Assembly: GCA_035571875.1 (NCBI GenBank)
Contig: DATNBR010000027.1
Location: 3,780-67,779 of the forward strand
Length of the DNA stretch: 64,000 bases
Direction of reading: 5' to 3'
Origin: Lacisediminihabitans sp.
GTDB taxonomy: Bacteria > Actinomycetota > Actinomycetes > Actinomycetales > Microbacteriaceae
Part shown: in pieces, positions 34,384 through 43,472 of the stretch
How positions within the stretch are numbered: position 1 is the first letter of the stretch
Layout of the letters: each line of letters opens with the position of its first letter
Position numbers and translations under genes: made by a program
The notes under the pieces: model-generated
What the model saw: only the letters and a program-made list of their open reading frames with translations
What the model was told of the DNA's origin: nothing
The model's database searches: none

Positions 34384-34716
34384 TTACTTGGTGGGGAGCT
34401 GGATGCCGTCGAGGTCGGTGGGGATGGGGAGCACGACGACGGGGCCGCTCTCGGCAGGCAGCAGCGGCGCGGGTGCCGCCGTCGCGATCGACGCGTTGCC
34501 GAGCGCGATGCTCACGAGCAGGGCACTCAACAGAACGCCCGTCGCCGACACGGCGCTGGCGGAGGCGTTGAGGCCGGTGAGGTGCCCGGCGAGTCGCTGG
34601 CGGCGCACGTAGAGCGCGATGCCTGCGAGCACGGCCGTGGCGATGACGATCGTCACGACGATCGGGAGGATGATGGCGTTCGTGCCCTGGGGGAGGGCCG
34701 CAAGCACAGCGTGCAT
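34384..34716 (-). CDS. Hypothetical small membrane protein (2 TM helices)
   Basis: G/C third-position bias is strong from ATG 34716 (MHAVLAAL...) to the stop and poor in the 19 codons upstream. AAGGAA lies about 10 nt before this ATG. No family recognised. Confidence 0.5.
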   Translation of the reverse strand: MHAVLAALPQGTNAIILPIVVTIVIATAVLAGIALYVRRQRLAGHLTGLNASASAVSATGVLLSALLVSIALGNASIATAAPAPLLPAESGPVVVLPIPTDLDGIQLPTK

Positions 34717-34946
34717 GAGCAGGCTGTTCCTTTCGGGTAAGGAACGTTCCCGTCGGGTACGAGAACTGTGCACCCTGTCTGGCTGTGATGCCGACCAGCC
34801 TCAATCCGAGGGCCTGTGACCTGGGACTGTGACCTGTCCGCATTTAGGGGGACAGACAGAGGAGCAGTTAGAAAACTACCAGCCGTGCTCCGACAGGTCA
34901 AGCACCTCGCCGCCCCCGTTCGGGGACACCGCCGAATCGCTTCGGA

Positions 34947-36734
34947 TCAGTCTTCGGCCTTCGGAAGGGTGCTCGCGATCGCGTCTGCGGCACGCACGAG
35001 CGCGAGGTGGGAGAGCGCCTGCGGAGTGTTGCCCACCTGCCGTTTGCTCGTCACGTCATACTCCTCGCTGAGCAGCCCGACATCGTTGCAGAACGAGACG
35101 AGCCGGTCCATGAGCATGGTCGCCTCGACCACCCGCCCGCTGAGTGCGTACTGCTCGACGAGCCAGAACGAACAGGCCAGGAACGGATGCTCGCCAGGCG
35201 GCAGTCCATCGACGTCGGTCTCCGTGCGGTAGCGCAGCAGGAGGCCGTCACGCAGGAGCTCCTCCTCGATCGCGGCGACGGTGCCGAGCATTCGTGGATC
35301 GTCAGGCTTGACGTAGCCGATCTGTGACAGCTGCAGCAGCGAGGCATCCACGTTCTTGCTTCCGAAGTACTGCGTGTAGGTGTTCCGCTTGCGGTCGAAG
35401 CCCTTCAGCTCGATCTCGTCGCGCACCTGATCGCGGATGGACTCCCAGCGCTCCACGGGACCATCGAGCCCGAAGTCGCGTACCGCCCGCACCGCGCAAT
35501 CGAAGGCCGCCCAGATCATGGCGCGCGAGTGGGTGAAGTGCTGCAGCTTGCCGCGGATCTCCCAGATGCCGTTATCGGGGCGTTGCCAGTTGTCTTCGAT
35601 GTAGCTCATCAGGGCACGCTGCAGCGGCCAGGAGAACTCGGTCTCCTCGAGCCCCTTCTCGCGTGCGGCCTGCAGACCGAGCATGACCTCGCCGAACACG
35701 TCGCCCTGATACTGGCTGAACGCGTCGTTGCCGATGCGCACCGGGGAGGAGCCCTCGTAGCCCGGCAGGCTGTCCTGTTCGGTCTCGGTGAGGCGGCGCT
35801 CGCCGCTGAGGCCGTACATGATCTGCACGTCTGCGGGGTCTCCCGCGACGGCGCGCAGCAGCCAGTTGCGCCAGGCGGGTGCCTCGTCGCCGGCGCCATG
35901 GTTCAAGAGCACGTGCAGCGTCTGCGATGCATCGCGCAGCCAGACGTAGCGGTAGTCCCAGTTGCGGGTGCCGCCGAAGTCTTCGGGCAGGCTCGTGGTC
36001 GCCGCGGCGACGATTCCGCCCGTGTCTTCGTGGGTGAGCGCTCGCAGCACGAGGAGCGATCGACGCACCTCTTTGTCGTACACCGGCGAGGGCGTCGCGG
36101 TCGACGTCCAGTCGTGCCACCACTTCTTGGTCTTGCGAAGTGCGGCCTCCATGTCGGGACGGGCGGGCGGCTCGCGGTGCGAGGGGTACCAGGTCATCGA
36201 CAGGTCGACGACCTCGCCCTCCTTCACTGTGAAGGTCGAGGTGTGTGAGTGGTCAGAGGCGCGCAACCTCGGCCCGCGCATGATGATCGCATCGGGCCCC
36301 GCGACGGCGATGAGGGCGTTGTCCTTTTTCTCCGGAACCTGACGCACCCAGGGGATGGCATCCCCGTAGCCGAAGCGGAAGCGGAGGTCCTGCTCGAGTT
36401 CGACGCTGCCCGAGATACCGACAACACGGCGGGCAAGGTCGGCGCGCCGATCGCCGTAGGGCATGAAGTCGGTGACCTCGACCTCGCCGCTCGGGGTGAC
36501 CCAGTGCGTCACCAGAATGAAGGTGTCTTCGATGTAGTGCCTGCTCGATTCGACGGCGTCACCGGTGGGGGCGAGCTTCCAGCGACCGTGCTCGGCGTCC
36601 CCCAGCAGTGAGCCGAAGACCGACGGCGAATCGAAGCGGGGAAGGCAGAGCCAGTCGATGCTTCCGTCGTTGCCGACGAGGGCCGCGGTGTGGCAGTCGC
36701 CGATGAGTGCGTAATCCTCGATCTTCAAAGCCAT
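34947..36734 (-). CDS. Glycoside hydrolase family 15 protein (glucoamylase/trehalase-type)
   Basis: 595 aa. N-terminal IEDYALIGDCHTAALVGNDGSIDWLCLPRFDSPSVF is highly typical of bacterial GH15. Catalytic-domain motifs NWDYRYVWLRD. Confidence 0.9.
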   Translation of the reverse strand: MALKIEDYALIGDCHTAALVGNDGSIDWLCLPRFDSPSVFGSLLGDAEHGRWKLAPTGDAVESSRHYIEDTFILVTHWVTPSGEVEVTDFMPYGDRRADLARRVVGISGSVELEQDLRFRFGYGDAIPWVRQVPEKKDNALIAVAGPDAIIMRGPRLRASDHSHTSTFTVKEGEVVDLSMTWYPSHREPPARPDMEAALRKTKKWWHDWTSTATPSPVYDKEVRRSLLVLRALTHEDTGGIVAAATTSLPEDFGGTRNWDYRYVWLRDASQTLHVLLNHGAGDEAPAWRNWLLRAVAGDPADVQIMYGLSGERRLTETEQDSLPGYEGSSPVRIGNDAFSQYQGDVFGEVMLGLQAAREKGLEETEFSWPLQRALMSYIEDNWQRPDNGIWEIRGKLQHFTHSRAMIWAAFDCAVRAVRDFGLDGPVERWESIRDQVRDEIELKGFDRKRNTYTQYFGSKNVDASLLQLSQIGYVKPDDPRMLGTVAAIEEELLRDGLLLRYRTETDVDGLPPGEHPFLACSFWLVEQYALSGRVVEATMLMDRLVSFCNDVGLLSEEYDVTSKRQVGNTPQALSHLALVRAADAIASTLPKAED

Positions 36735-36751
36735 CCTTCAAGTGTCACAGT

Positions 36752-36757
36752 TATTCT
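36752..36757 (+). promoter_or_regulatory. -10-like hexamer TATTCT, 6 nt upstream of the zwf ATG (leaderless candidate)
   Basis: The GH15 and zwf start codons are only 29 nt apart. TANNNT match read directly from the sequence. Confidence 0.35.
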
Positions 36758-36763
36758 GCAAAG

Positions 36764-38128
36764 ATGGCTGATCGCATAGGAACCCTCGTTATTCTCGGCG
36801 CGAGCGGAGACCTCACCAAGAGGCTGCTGCTTCCCGGACTCGGTGAACTTCTCGACAGTGGGCGCGGGGGTGACCTGCAACTGCTCGGTGTTGGACAGGA
36901 CGAGATGACGGATGCGGCCTGGCGAAAGCGGGTGGCCGCGTCGTTCAAGGCAGGCAAGGCGACTGGCTCCAGATCCTCCGCAGTCGCCTCCTCGTCGCAC
37001 TACCTGCAGGCAGACGTGACAGACCCGGATGACCTCCGCCGCATCCTGAAGGAAGCCCACGGCACGCCGGCGCTGTACTTCGCACTGCCGCCGCGGGTCA
37101 CTATCGCGGCCTGCTCCGCGCTCGGCGACGTGGACCTGCCGAAGGGCACGGTCTTCGGCCTGGAGAAGCCGTTCGGCACCGACCTGAAGAGCGCCGAGGC
37201 GCTCAACCGCCAGTTGCTGAAGCTCATCCCGGAGCAGGACATCCATCGGGTCGACCACTTCCTCGGCAAGTCGACGGTGCTGAACCTCCTCGGCCTGCGC
37301 TTCGCGAACCGCATCTTCGAGCGACTGTGGAACGCAGACAACATCGAGCGGGTCGAGATCGTCTTCGACGAGCAACTCGCGCTCGAGGGGCGGGCGGGCT
37401 ATTACGACAAGGCGGGAGCGCTGATCGACATGATCCAGAGCCACCTGCTGCTCGTGCTCGCGATCGTCGCGATGGAGCCGCCGTCGAGCATCGACGCTGA
37501 AGACCTGCGTGGTTCGATCGCGCAGGCGCTGCGTGCCACTCGCGCGTGGGGTGGAGACCCCGTGGCGGCGAGCCGTCGCGCGCGCTACACCGCGGGCAAG
37601 GTCGGCGACCGCTCGATTCCCTCCTATGTCAAGGAAGAGGGCGTCGACCCCTCGCGCGACACGGAAACCCTCGTCGAGGTCACGCTCGGCGTGGAGAACT
37701 GGCGCTGGGCGGGCGTGCCGTTCCTCCTGCGCTCGGGCAAGGCGCTCGGCGCGAAGCGCCAGGAGATCGTGGTGACCTTCAAGGATGTTCCGCACCTGCC
37801 GACCGGCCTCAGCGGGCATCCGGCCCCCGCGCAACTGCGCATCTCGCTCGCACCCGAAGGGCTGAGCTTCGACCTCAACATCAACGGCGAAGGCAACCCG
37901 TTCACGCTCGACCGGGTCACCGTGGACGCCGACTTCGCGGGCGGCGAGCTCATTCCCTACGGCGAAGTGCTCGCAGGCATCCTCTCCGCCGACCCGACCC
38001 TCTCGGTGCGCGACGACGCTGTGGAGCAGTGCTGGCGCATCGTGACGCCGATCCTGGACGCGTGGAAGAAGGGCGCGGTGCCGCTCGACAGCTACGCCGC
38101 CGGCTCGGAGGGCCCGAAGAACTGGTAG
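36764..38128 (+). CDS. zwf: Glucose-6-phosphate dehydrogenase
   Basis: From ATG 36764. LVILGASGDLTKRLLLPGL (dinucleotide fold), RVDHFLGKSTVLN (active-site motif), IQSHLLLVLA. Confidence 0.9.
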   Translation: MADRIGTLVILGASGDLTKRLLLPGLGELLDSGRGGDLQLLGVGQDEMTDAAWRKRVAASFKAGKATGSRSSAVASSSHYLQADVTDPDDLRRILKEAHGTPALYFALPPRVTIAACSALGDVDLPKGTVFGLEKPFGTDLKSAEALNRQLLKLIPEQDIHRVDHFLGKSTVLNLLGLRFANRIFERLWNADNIERVEIVFDEQLALEGRAGYYDKAGALIDMIQSHLLLVLAIVAMEPPSSIDAEDLRGSIAQALRATRAWGGDPVAASRRARYTAGKVGDRSIPSYVKEEGVDPSRDTETLVEVTLGVENWRWAGVPFLLRSGKALGAKRQEIVVTFKDVPHLPTGLSGHPAPAQLRISLAPEGLSFDLNINGEGNPFTLDRVTVDADFAGGELIPYGEVLAGILSADPTLSVRDDAVEQCWRIVTPILDAWKKGAVPLDSYAAGSEGPKNW

Positions 38129-38131
38129 CGG

Positions 38132-39193
38132 TCAGGGAGCGAGAATGCCGGCGTCGGTGAGCTGATCGGCGAGGCTCGCGCCGTCGGGCCCGTAGATCCA
38201 GCGGATGCCGTGCTTCTTCGCCTGCTCCTTGGCCCGGCTTCGACCACCCGCGAGCACGGCCTCGCTGTTCGACAGCTGCCGGATGGCGACGGCTTCGACG
38301 CTCGGCAGCTTCTCGCTCGCGAAGGCGTCGTAGAGCGCCTCGTCGTGCTGCCCGTCGTCACCGATGAGCAACCACTTGATGTCGGGGAACTCTTCCGCGA
38401 GTCGACTGAGGCTCTGCGCCTTGTGCGCGAGTCCGCTGCGGAACCAGCGGTCGTGGGTGGGACCCCAATCGGTGAGGAGCAGCGGCCCAGCCGGGAACAG
38501 GTTTCGTGACAGAAACCGGGTGAGGGTCGGTGCGACGTTCCACGCGCCGGTGGAGAGGTAGACGACCGGCGCGCCCGGATGAGCGCGCAGCAGGCGCTCG
38601 TAGAGCACGCCCATGCCGGGCACGGGTCGGCGCGCATGCTCGTCGAGTACGAAGGTGTTCCACGCCGCGAGGAGGGGCCGGGGCAGCGCCGTGACCATCA
38701 CCGTGTCATCGACGTCGGAGATCATCCCGAAGCGCACGGCTGGGTCGACGATGAAGACGGGCGCTTCGACCGGCTCCGATTCCTCGGTGCGCAGCGTGAT
38801 GGTGTGCCACCCGGGAGTGAGCTCACACGTCAGCACCTCGTCGACGACCCCACCGCGGTCCGCGGTCACCCTTTGCTCCACATCGCCGATCTTCACAATG
38901 ACGGCGACATCGTTGACGGGCACGCTGGTGAAGCTGCGCCATCCGCGGATCTTCTTGTAGCGCGCATCCTCGGCGCCGGGCTTCGCGAGCAGCACGCGAC
39001 AGAGCACGCGGCTCCAGCCTGGGGCCCCGTAGCCGGTGTAGGGGATGACGACGGGGGTGAGCCCACGCTTACGCGCGCGCTTCTCGCGGAAGCGGTGGAG
39101 GGAATCTTCGATTCGCGCGGCGAGATGGATGATCGGCTCGGTTTCGGTCTCGGTGGTGCGCCCGCTGGCTGACACTCTGCGGGACCTGGCCAT
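38132..39193 (-). CDS. App1-family (DUF2183) phosphatase-like protein
   Basis: 353 aa. ISDVDDTVMVT (DxDxT motif) and WLLIGDDGQHD. Its stop lies 3 nt from the convergent zwf stop. Confidence 0.75.
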   Translation of the reverse strand: MARSRRVSASGRTTETETEPIIHLAARIEDSLHRFREKRARKRGLTPVVIPYTGYGAPGWSRVLCRVLLAKPGAEDARYKKIRGWRSFTSVPVNDVAVIVKIGDVEQRVTADRGGVVDEVLTCELTPGWHTITLRTEESEPVEAPVFIVDPAVRFGMISDVDDTVMVTALPRPLLAAWNTFVLDEHARRPVPGMGVLYERLLRAHPGAPVVYLSTGAWNVAPTLTRFLSRNLFPAGPLLLTDWGPTHDRWFRSGLAHKAQSLSRLAEEFPDIKWLLIGDDGQHDEALYDAFASEKLPSVEAVAIRQLSNSEAVLAGGRSRAKEQAKKHGIRWIYGPDGASLADQLTDAGILAP

Positions 39194-39378
39194 CCCTAGA
39201 GTCTTTCACGATTGTCTGGGGGAGGTCTCCCTGGCCCGTGAATGCGGGGTCTCGGCTCCTGAAAGAACGCCGGGAATATGGGAAAACCGAACTTCTCTGC
39301 ATGTATTCCGGTGTGGGAACCCACGCCCCCGTTGCGGGGGCAGGATAGAATTGGCCATCAGTCGAAAGGGAGACGCAA

Positions 39379-40026
39379 ATGGTTGCACACCACGTGGTTG
39401 ATGCGTTGCCTGCAGGTGCCACTCTGCTCAGGAACGAGCCGGTACAGGCAAGGAGCACCGCGCGGCTCACCGCGCTACTTGACGCCGCGGCGTCCGTCAT
39501 CGGCGAGATCGGCTACGAGCGCCTCACGACGGCAATGGTGGCAGAGAAGGCAGGTGCATCGATCGGCACTGTCTATCGCTACTTTCCCGATCGCATCGCG
39601 GTTCTGCAGAGCCTCAGCGCTCGCAATCTCAACGACTTCACCTCGCGCGGACTCAGCGGTGCGTCTGATTCGGGCGTCACGAGCTGGGTCGGTGCCGTGG
39701 AGGCAGCGGTGGATGGCATCGCGGGCTTTTTTCGCGACGAGCCCGGTTTCAAGTCCCTGCGCTTCGGTGACGTGCTCGACGTCCGACCGCGCACACAGGG
39801 CACGACCGGCAATGGCACGGTTGCGCAGCAACTCGCCACGATCCTGAGCGAGCGCTTCTCGCTCACGAACGATGCCGACCTTCAGTTCCGCGTCGAGGTC
39901 GCGCTCGAGCTGGCGGACGCCCTGCTCGCTCGCGCATTCGCACTGGGAACCGATGTCGAGCAGAAGTTCGTTGCCGAGGCCCGCAAGGTCGCCGTCGACT
40001 ACCTCGCGGGGTACTACGCCCGCTGA
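39379..40026 (+). CDS. TetR-family transcriptional regulator
   Basis: 215 aa. N-terminal HTH region ARSTARLTALLDAAASVIGEIGYERLTTAMVAEKAGASIGTVYRYFPDR. Confidence 0.85.
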   Translation: MVAHHVVDALPAGATLLRNEPVQARSTARLTALLDAAASVIGEIGYERLTTAMVAEKAGASIGTVYRYFPDRIAVLQSLSARNLNDFTSRGLSGASDSGVTSWVGAVEAAVDGIAGFFRDEPGFKSLRFGDVLDVRPRTQGTTGNGTVAQQLATILSERFSLTNDADLQFRVEVALELADALLARAFALGTDVEQKFVAEARKVAVDYLAGYYAR

Positions 40027-40051
40027 GCAATAGCTCGCTCGATTCGCGACG

Positions 40052-40071
40052 AGACCGCCGGATGGCGGTCT
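40052..40071 (+). terminator. Hairpin AGACCGCC-GGAT-GGCGGTCT downstream of the TetR gene
   Basis: Perfect 8-bp stem with a tetraloop, 26 nt after the stop. No U-tract. Confidence 0.5.
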
Positions 40072-40220
40072 AGCGTTCGCGCGCTTACTCGACCGCCGTT
40101 CGGTTCGGCTCTCGGTGGATTTCGCACGGATATGACCCATCCGGGAATGACACCGGCTGCGAATAGTGTTTGGCTGGGTGCCACGTATTCGGATGAGCAA
40201 CGACCAGGAATGAGCCATCG

Positions 40221-41054
40221 ATGATCGAGTTCCGCGACGTCACGAAGAGATTTCCCGATGGCACGGTCGCGGTGGAAAACTTCAGCCTGGTCATGCCTTC
40301 TCGCAAGACGACGGTGCTCGTCGGCTCCTCGGGTTCCGGCAAGACGACGCTCCTGCGGATGATCAACCGCATGGTCGAACTCAGCTCCGGCGCGATCGAG
40401 ATCGACGGCGAGAACACCGCGACGCTCGAACCCGTCGCGCTACGACGCCGCATCGGTTACGTCATGCAGAACTCCGGCCTGCTGCCGCACTTCACCGTGC
40501 TCGACAACGTCGCGACCGTTCCCGTGCTCAACGGCGTCCCGCGGCGCGAGGCGCGAGCGCGAGCGCTCACCCTCCTCGACACGGTCGGGCTCGATCGCGC
40601 GCTCGCGGATCGCTACCCGAGTCAGCTCTCCGGCGGCCAGCAGCAGCGCGTCGGCGTCGCTCGCGGTCTTGCGGCCGACCCGAACATCCTGTTGATGGAC
40701 GAGCCCTTCGGCGCCGTCGACCCGATCGTTCGAGCGGAACTGCAGACCGAGCTGATCCGACTGCAACGCGAGCTCGACAAGACCGTGGTCTTCGTCACGC
40801 ACGACATCGACGAGGCGTTCCTGCTCGGCGATCAGGTCGTCATCCTCCAGGCGGGCGGCAGGGTCGCCCAGGTCGGGTCGCCGACGGAGATCATCTCGGC
40901 GCCCGCGAACGACTTCGTCGCGAACTTCATCGGCGCGGAGAAGGGCAAGCGGGCGCTCAGCATCCGCAAGACCGATCGGGGCGACATTGTCGTCGACAGC
41001 GAGGGTCGCGCCGCCGGTGTTCTGGTCTCCACCGCGGACGGCAGCACCGACTGA
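40221..41054 (+). CDS. Osmoprotectant (glycine betaine/choline-type) ABC transporter ATP-binding protein, no CBS domains
   Basis: 277 aa. Walker A GSSGSGKTT, signature LSGGQQQRV, Walker B ILLMDEP. OpuCA/ProV-like N-terminus MIEFRDVTKRF. Confidence 0.85.
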   Translation: MIEFRDVTKRFPDGTVAVENFSLVMPSRKTTVLVGSSGSGKTTLLRMINRMVELSSGAIEIDGENTATLEPVALRRRIGYVMQNSGLLPHFTVLDNVATVPVLNGVPRREARARALTLLDTVGLDRALADRYPSQLSGGQQQRVGVARGLAADPNILLMDEPFGAVDPIVRAELQTELIRLQRELDKTVVFVTHDIDEAFLLGDQVVILQAGGRVAQVGSPTEIISAPANDFVANFIGAEKGKRALSIRKTDRGDIVVDSEGRAAGVLVSTADGSTD

Positions 41055-41737
41055 TGACCTGGGTTCTCGGCAACCTCCAACTCATCGGCCAGCTCGTGCT
41101 GGCCCATCTCGCGACCGCCCTGCCCGCGATCGTGCTGAGCTTCCTGCTCTCGATTCCCGTGGGCTGGCTCGCGAACCGGTTCCACTGGAGTCGCGGTTTC
41201 GTGCTCACGGTCTGCGCCCTGCTCTACGCCATTCCGTCGCTGCCGCTCTTTCTCGTGCTCCCGCTCTTCATCGGAACGAGCATCCGCGACAGCATCAATG
41301 TCACGATCAGCCTCACGATCTACGGCCTCGCGCTCATGGCGCGGTCGACGGCAGACGGCCTCGAGTCGGTTGATGCGGATGTCACCCAGTCCGCCACCGC
41401 GATGGGCTTCTCCGGGTGGTCGCGATTCTGGCGCGTCGACCTGCCGCTCGCGGGGCCCGTCTTGCTCGCCGGCCTGCGCGTCGTTTCGGTGAGCACCATC
41501 AGTCTCACCACGGTGGGCGCGGTCCTCGGCATCGGCAGTCTCGGTTCGCTGTTCACCGACGGTTTTCAGCGCAACATCCCCGAGGAGATCCTGACCGGAA
41601 TCGTGCTGACGATCGCAATCGCGATCCTCATCGACCTCGCGCTCGTCGCGCTCGGTCGAGTACTCATGCCCTGGACCCGCGTGAAGCACGCTTCCGCGAG
41701 TGTCGACCGCGACCTCTCCAGACTGGCGATGGCATGA
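41054..41737 (+). CDS. ABC transporter permease (OpuCB/OpuBB-like)
   Basis: 227 aa polytopic BPD_transp_1-type protein. TGATG overlap with the ATPase gene. Confidence 0.85.
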   Translation: MTWVLGNLQLIGQLVLAHLATALPAIVLSFLLSIPVGWLANRFHWSRGFVLTVCALLYAIPSLPLFLVLPLFIGTSIRDSINVTISLTIYGLALMARSTADGLESVDADVTQSATAMGFSGWSRFWRVDLPLAGPVLLAGLRVVSVSTISLTTVGAVLGIGSLGSLFTDGFQRNIPEEILTGIVLTIAIAILIDLALVALGRVLMPWTRVKHASASVDRDLSRLAMA

Positions 41738-42450
41738 ATTTCTTCGCTGAGGCCATTCGCTGGATCTTCGATCCGGCCCACTACGGCAGCTATGACGGCG
41801 TGGATGTGCGCACGCTCCAGCACGTCCTGATCAGCCTCGCCGTGGTCGCGGCGGCGGCCGTCATCGCCATTCCCCTCGGGTATCTCGTCGGGCACACGGG
41901 CCGCGGTCGCGGCGTCGCCGTCGCGTTCTCGGGCGGAATTCGCGCACTTCCGACACTGGGCCTTCTGATCCTCATCGCGCTCGGAATCGGTATCGGACTC
42001 GAGGCGCCGTTCATCGCGCTCGTCGTCCTGGCGATTCCGTCCATCCTCGCGGGTGCGTATTCGGGCTTCGAGGCTATCGACAGACACACCATCGATGCGG
42101 CGCGGGCGGTCGGCATGACCGAATGGCAGGTTGTCGGCCGAGTCGAGATTCCGCTCGGTCTTCCGCTGCTCATCGGCGGACTCCGCCTCGCGGCACTGCA
42201 GGTCATCGCCACTGCGACGCTCGCCGATTACGTGGGCGGTGGCGGCCTCGGGCTCTACCTGTTCCGCGGGCTCAAGACCAACGACTATCCGCAGATGCTC
42301 GCCGGTTCGATCATCGTGATCGCGCTCGCCATCGGGTCGGAGATCGTCTTCGGCATCCTGCAGCGACTCGTCGTGCCGGCCGGAGTCGTCGCAGGCCAGT
42401 CACCACAGCTTCGCGTGAAATCATCCGGATTTCGTGCGACCACGGGCTAA
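41734..42450 (+). CDS. ABC transporter permease (OpuCD/OpuBD-like)
   Basis: Start ATG 41734 (ATGA overlap), MNFFAEAIRWIFDPAHY... The track ORF start at 41416 lies inside the previous gene. Confidence 0.85.
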   Translation: MNFFAEAIRWIFDPAHYGSYDGVDVRTLQHVLISLAVVAAAAVIAIPLGYLVGHTGRGRGVAVAFSGGIRALPTLGLLILIALGIGIGLEAPFIALVVLAIPSILAGAYSGFEAIDRHTIDAARAVGMTEWQVVGRVEIPLGLPLLIGGLRLAALQVIATATLADYVGGGGLGLYLFRGLKTNDYPQMLAGSIIVIALAIGSEIVFGILQRLVVPAGVVAGQSPQLRVKSSGFRATTG

Positions 42451-42478
42451 CAACCCATTACCGATAAGGAATGCAGTC

Positions 42479-43408
42479 ATGTTAACAGGAGGAAAAGGCC
42501 GACTCGTCGCCTTGGGCGCAGTCGTGGTTGGGGCAGCAATCGCCCTTTCAGGGTGTGCTTCGAGTGACCCTCTGACCACGGGGGACAAGACTCCCGCGGC
42601 CGGTGGAACGCTCGTCGTGGGATCCCAGCAGTACTACTCGAACGAAATCGTCGCCGAGATCTATTCTCAGGCGCTCGAGGCCGGCGGCTACACGGTCGAT
42701 CGCCAGTTCAACATCGGTCAGCGTGAGGTCTACCTGCCCGAGATCAAGGCCGGCAAGATCGATGTCTTCCCGGAGTACATCGGCAGCCTGCTGCAGGCGC
42801 TCGACAAGAACGCCGCGGGCGGAAAACCCGACGCCGTGCACACGGCTCTCGCGGCCGCGCTCCCGAAGGACCTGCGCGTGCTCGACATGGCTGCTGCCGC
42901 CGACCAGAACTCCTGGACGGTGACGAAGGCCTTCGCCGACAAGTACCACCTCACCGACATCGCGTCCCTCAAGAACGTCACCGAGCCGATCACGGTGGGC
43001 GGAAACTCCGAGCTCGAGACCCGCCCCTACGGCCCGACCGCGCTCAAGGAGAAGTACGGCATCACGACCGCCGGATTCAAGGCGGTCGAAGACAGCGGCG
43101 GACCGCTCACGGTCAAGGCGCTCGTCGACAACGAGATCCAGTTGGCCAACATCTACACGGCCGACCCGAACATCAAGTCGAACCACCTGGTGGCGCTGGC
43201 AGACCCAGATGGCCTCTTCTTCCCCGACAACATTGCGCCGATCGTGTCGAAGAAGGTGGATTCCAAGGCCGAATCGATCCTGAACAAGGTCGACGCCAAG
43301 CTGTCGCAGGACGACCTCGTGAGTCTCAACTCCGAGAGCGTCAACGACAAGAAGTCCGCGGCGGTCATCGCCAAGGAGTGGCTCGCCAAGGTGGGCATCG
43401 TTAAGTAG
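42479..43408 (+). CDS. Glycine betaine/choline-type ABC transporter substrate-binding lipoprotein
   Basis: Start ATG 42479, preceded by AAGGA. Lipobox ALSGCAS. OpuBC/OpuCC-like motifs (GKIDVFPEYIGSLL, IANIYTADP). Confidence 0.85.
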   Translation: MLTGGKGRLVALGAVVVGAAIALSGCASSDPLTTGDKTPAAGGTLVVGSQQYYSNEIVAEIYSQALEAGGYTVDRQFNIGQREVYLPEIKAGKIDVFPEYIGSLLQALDKNAAGGKPDAVHTALAAALPKDLRVLDMAAAADQNSWTVTKAFADKYHLTDIASLKNVTEPITVGGNSELETRPYGPTALKEKYGITTAGFKAVEDSGGPLTVKALVDNEIQLANIYTADPNIKSNHLVALADPDGLFFPDNIAPIVSKKVDSKAESILNKVDAKLSQDDLVSLNSESVNDKKSAAVIAKEWLAKVGIVK

Positions 43409-43420
43409 TCAGAGTGAAGC

Positions 43421-43453
43421 GATGGGGGCGGATGCGCGGCATCCGCCCCCATC
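43421..43453. terminator. Perfect 15-bp hairpin GATGGGGGCGGATGC-GCG-GCATCCGCCCCCATC between convergent genes (bidirectional terminator candidate)
   Basis: Read directly from the sequence. Lies in the 64-nt gap between the binding-protein gene and the DedA gene. Confidence 0.75.
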
Positions 43454-43472
43454 GTCGTCTGCAGGGCGCGGA

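Noticed and set aside
34717-34773. N-terminal 19 codons of ORF 34384..34773, and an LPXTG-like sorting signal (LPQGTN plus hydrophobic stretch plus RRQR)
   Set aside because: The upstream codons lack G/C third-position bias. The motif is LPQGT rather than LPXTG and sits at the N-terminus of the protein, where a sortase signal makes no sense.
34815-34839. CRP/GlxR-type site (TGTGA-N6-TCACA)
   Set aside because: The two TGTGA boxes are direct repeats, not inverted. The second half reads ACTGT rather than TCACA.
38126-38134. Convergent zwf and App1-like stop codons only 3 nt apart (TAG-cgg-TCA)
   Set aside because: This is real but not unusual in compact GC-rich genomes. It means only that any terminators lie inside the opposing coding regions, with no further signal.
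39273-39341. TetR operator candidates in the App1/TetR divergent region (GGAATA-N25-TATTCC; hairpin GCCCCCG-TTG-CGGGGGC at 39325-39341)
   Set aside because: The inverted repeat is short (6 bp) with a long spacer and could easily arise by chance. The hairpin has no clear role upstream of a start codon. The evidence is too weak to report as a feature.
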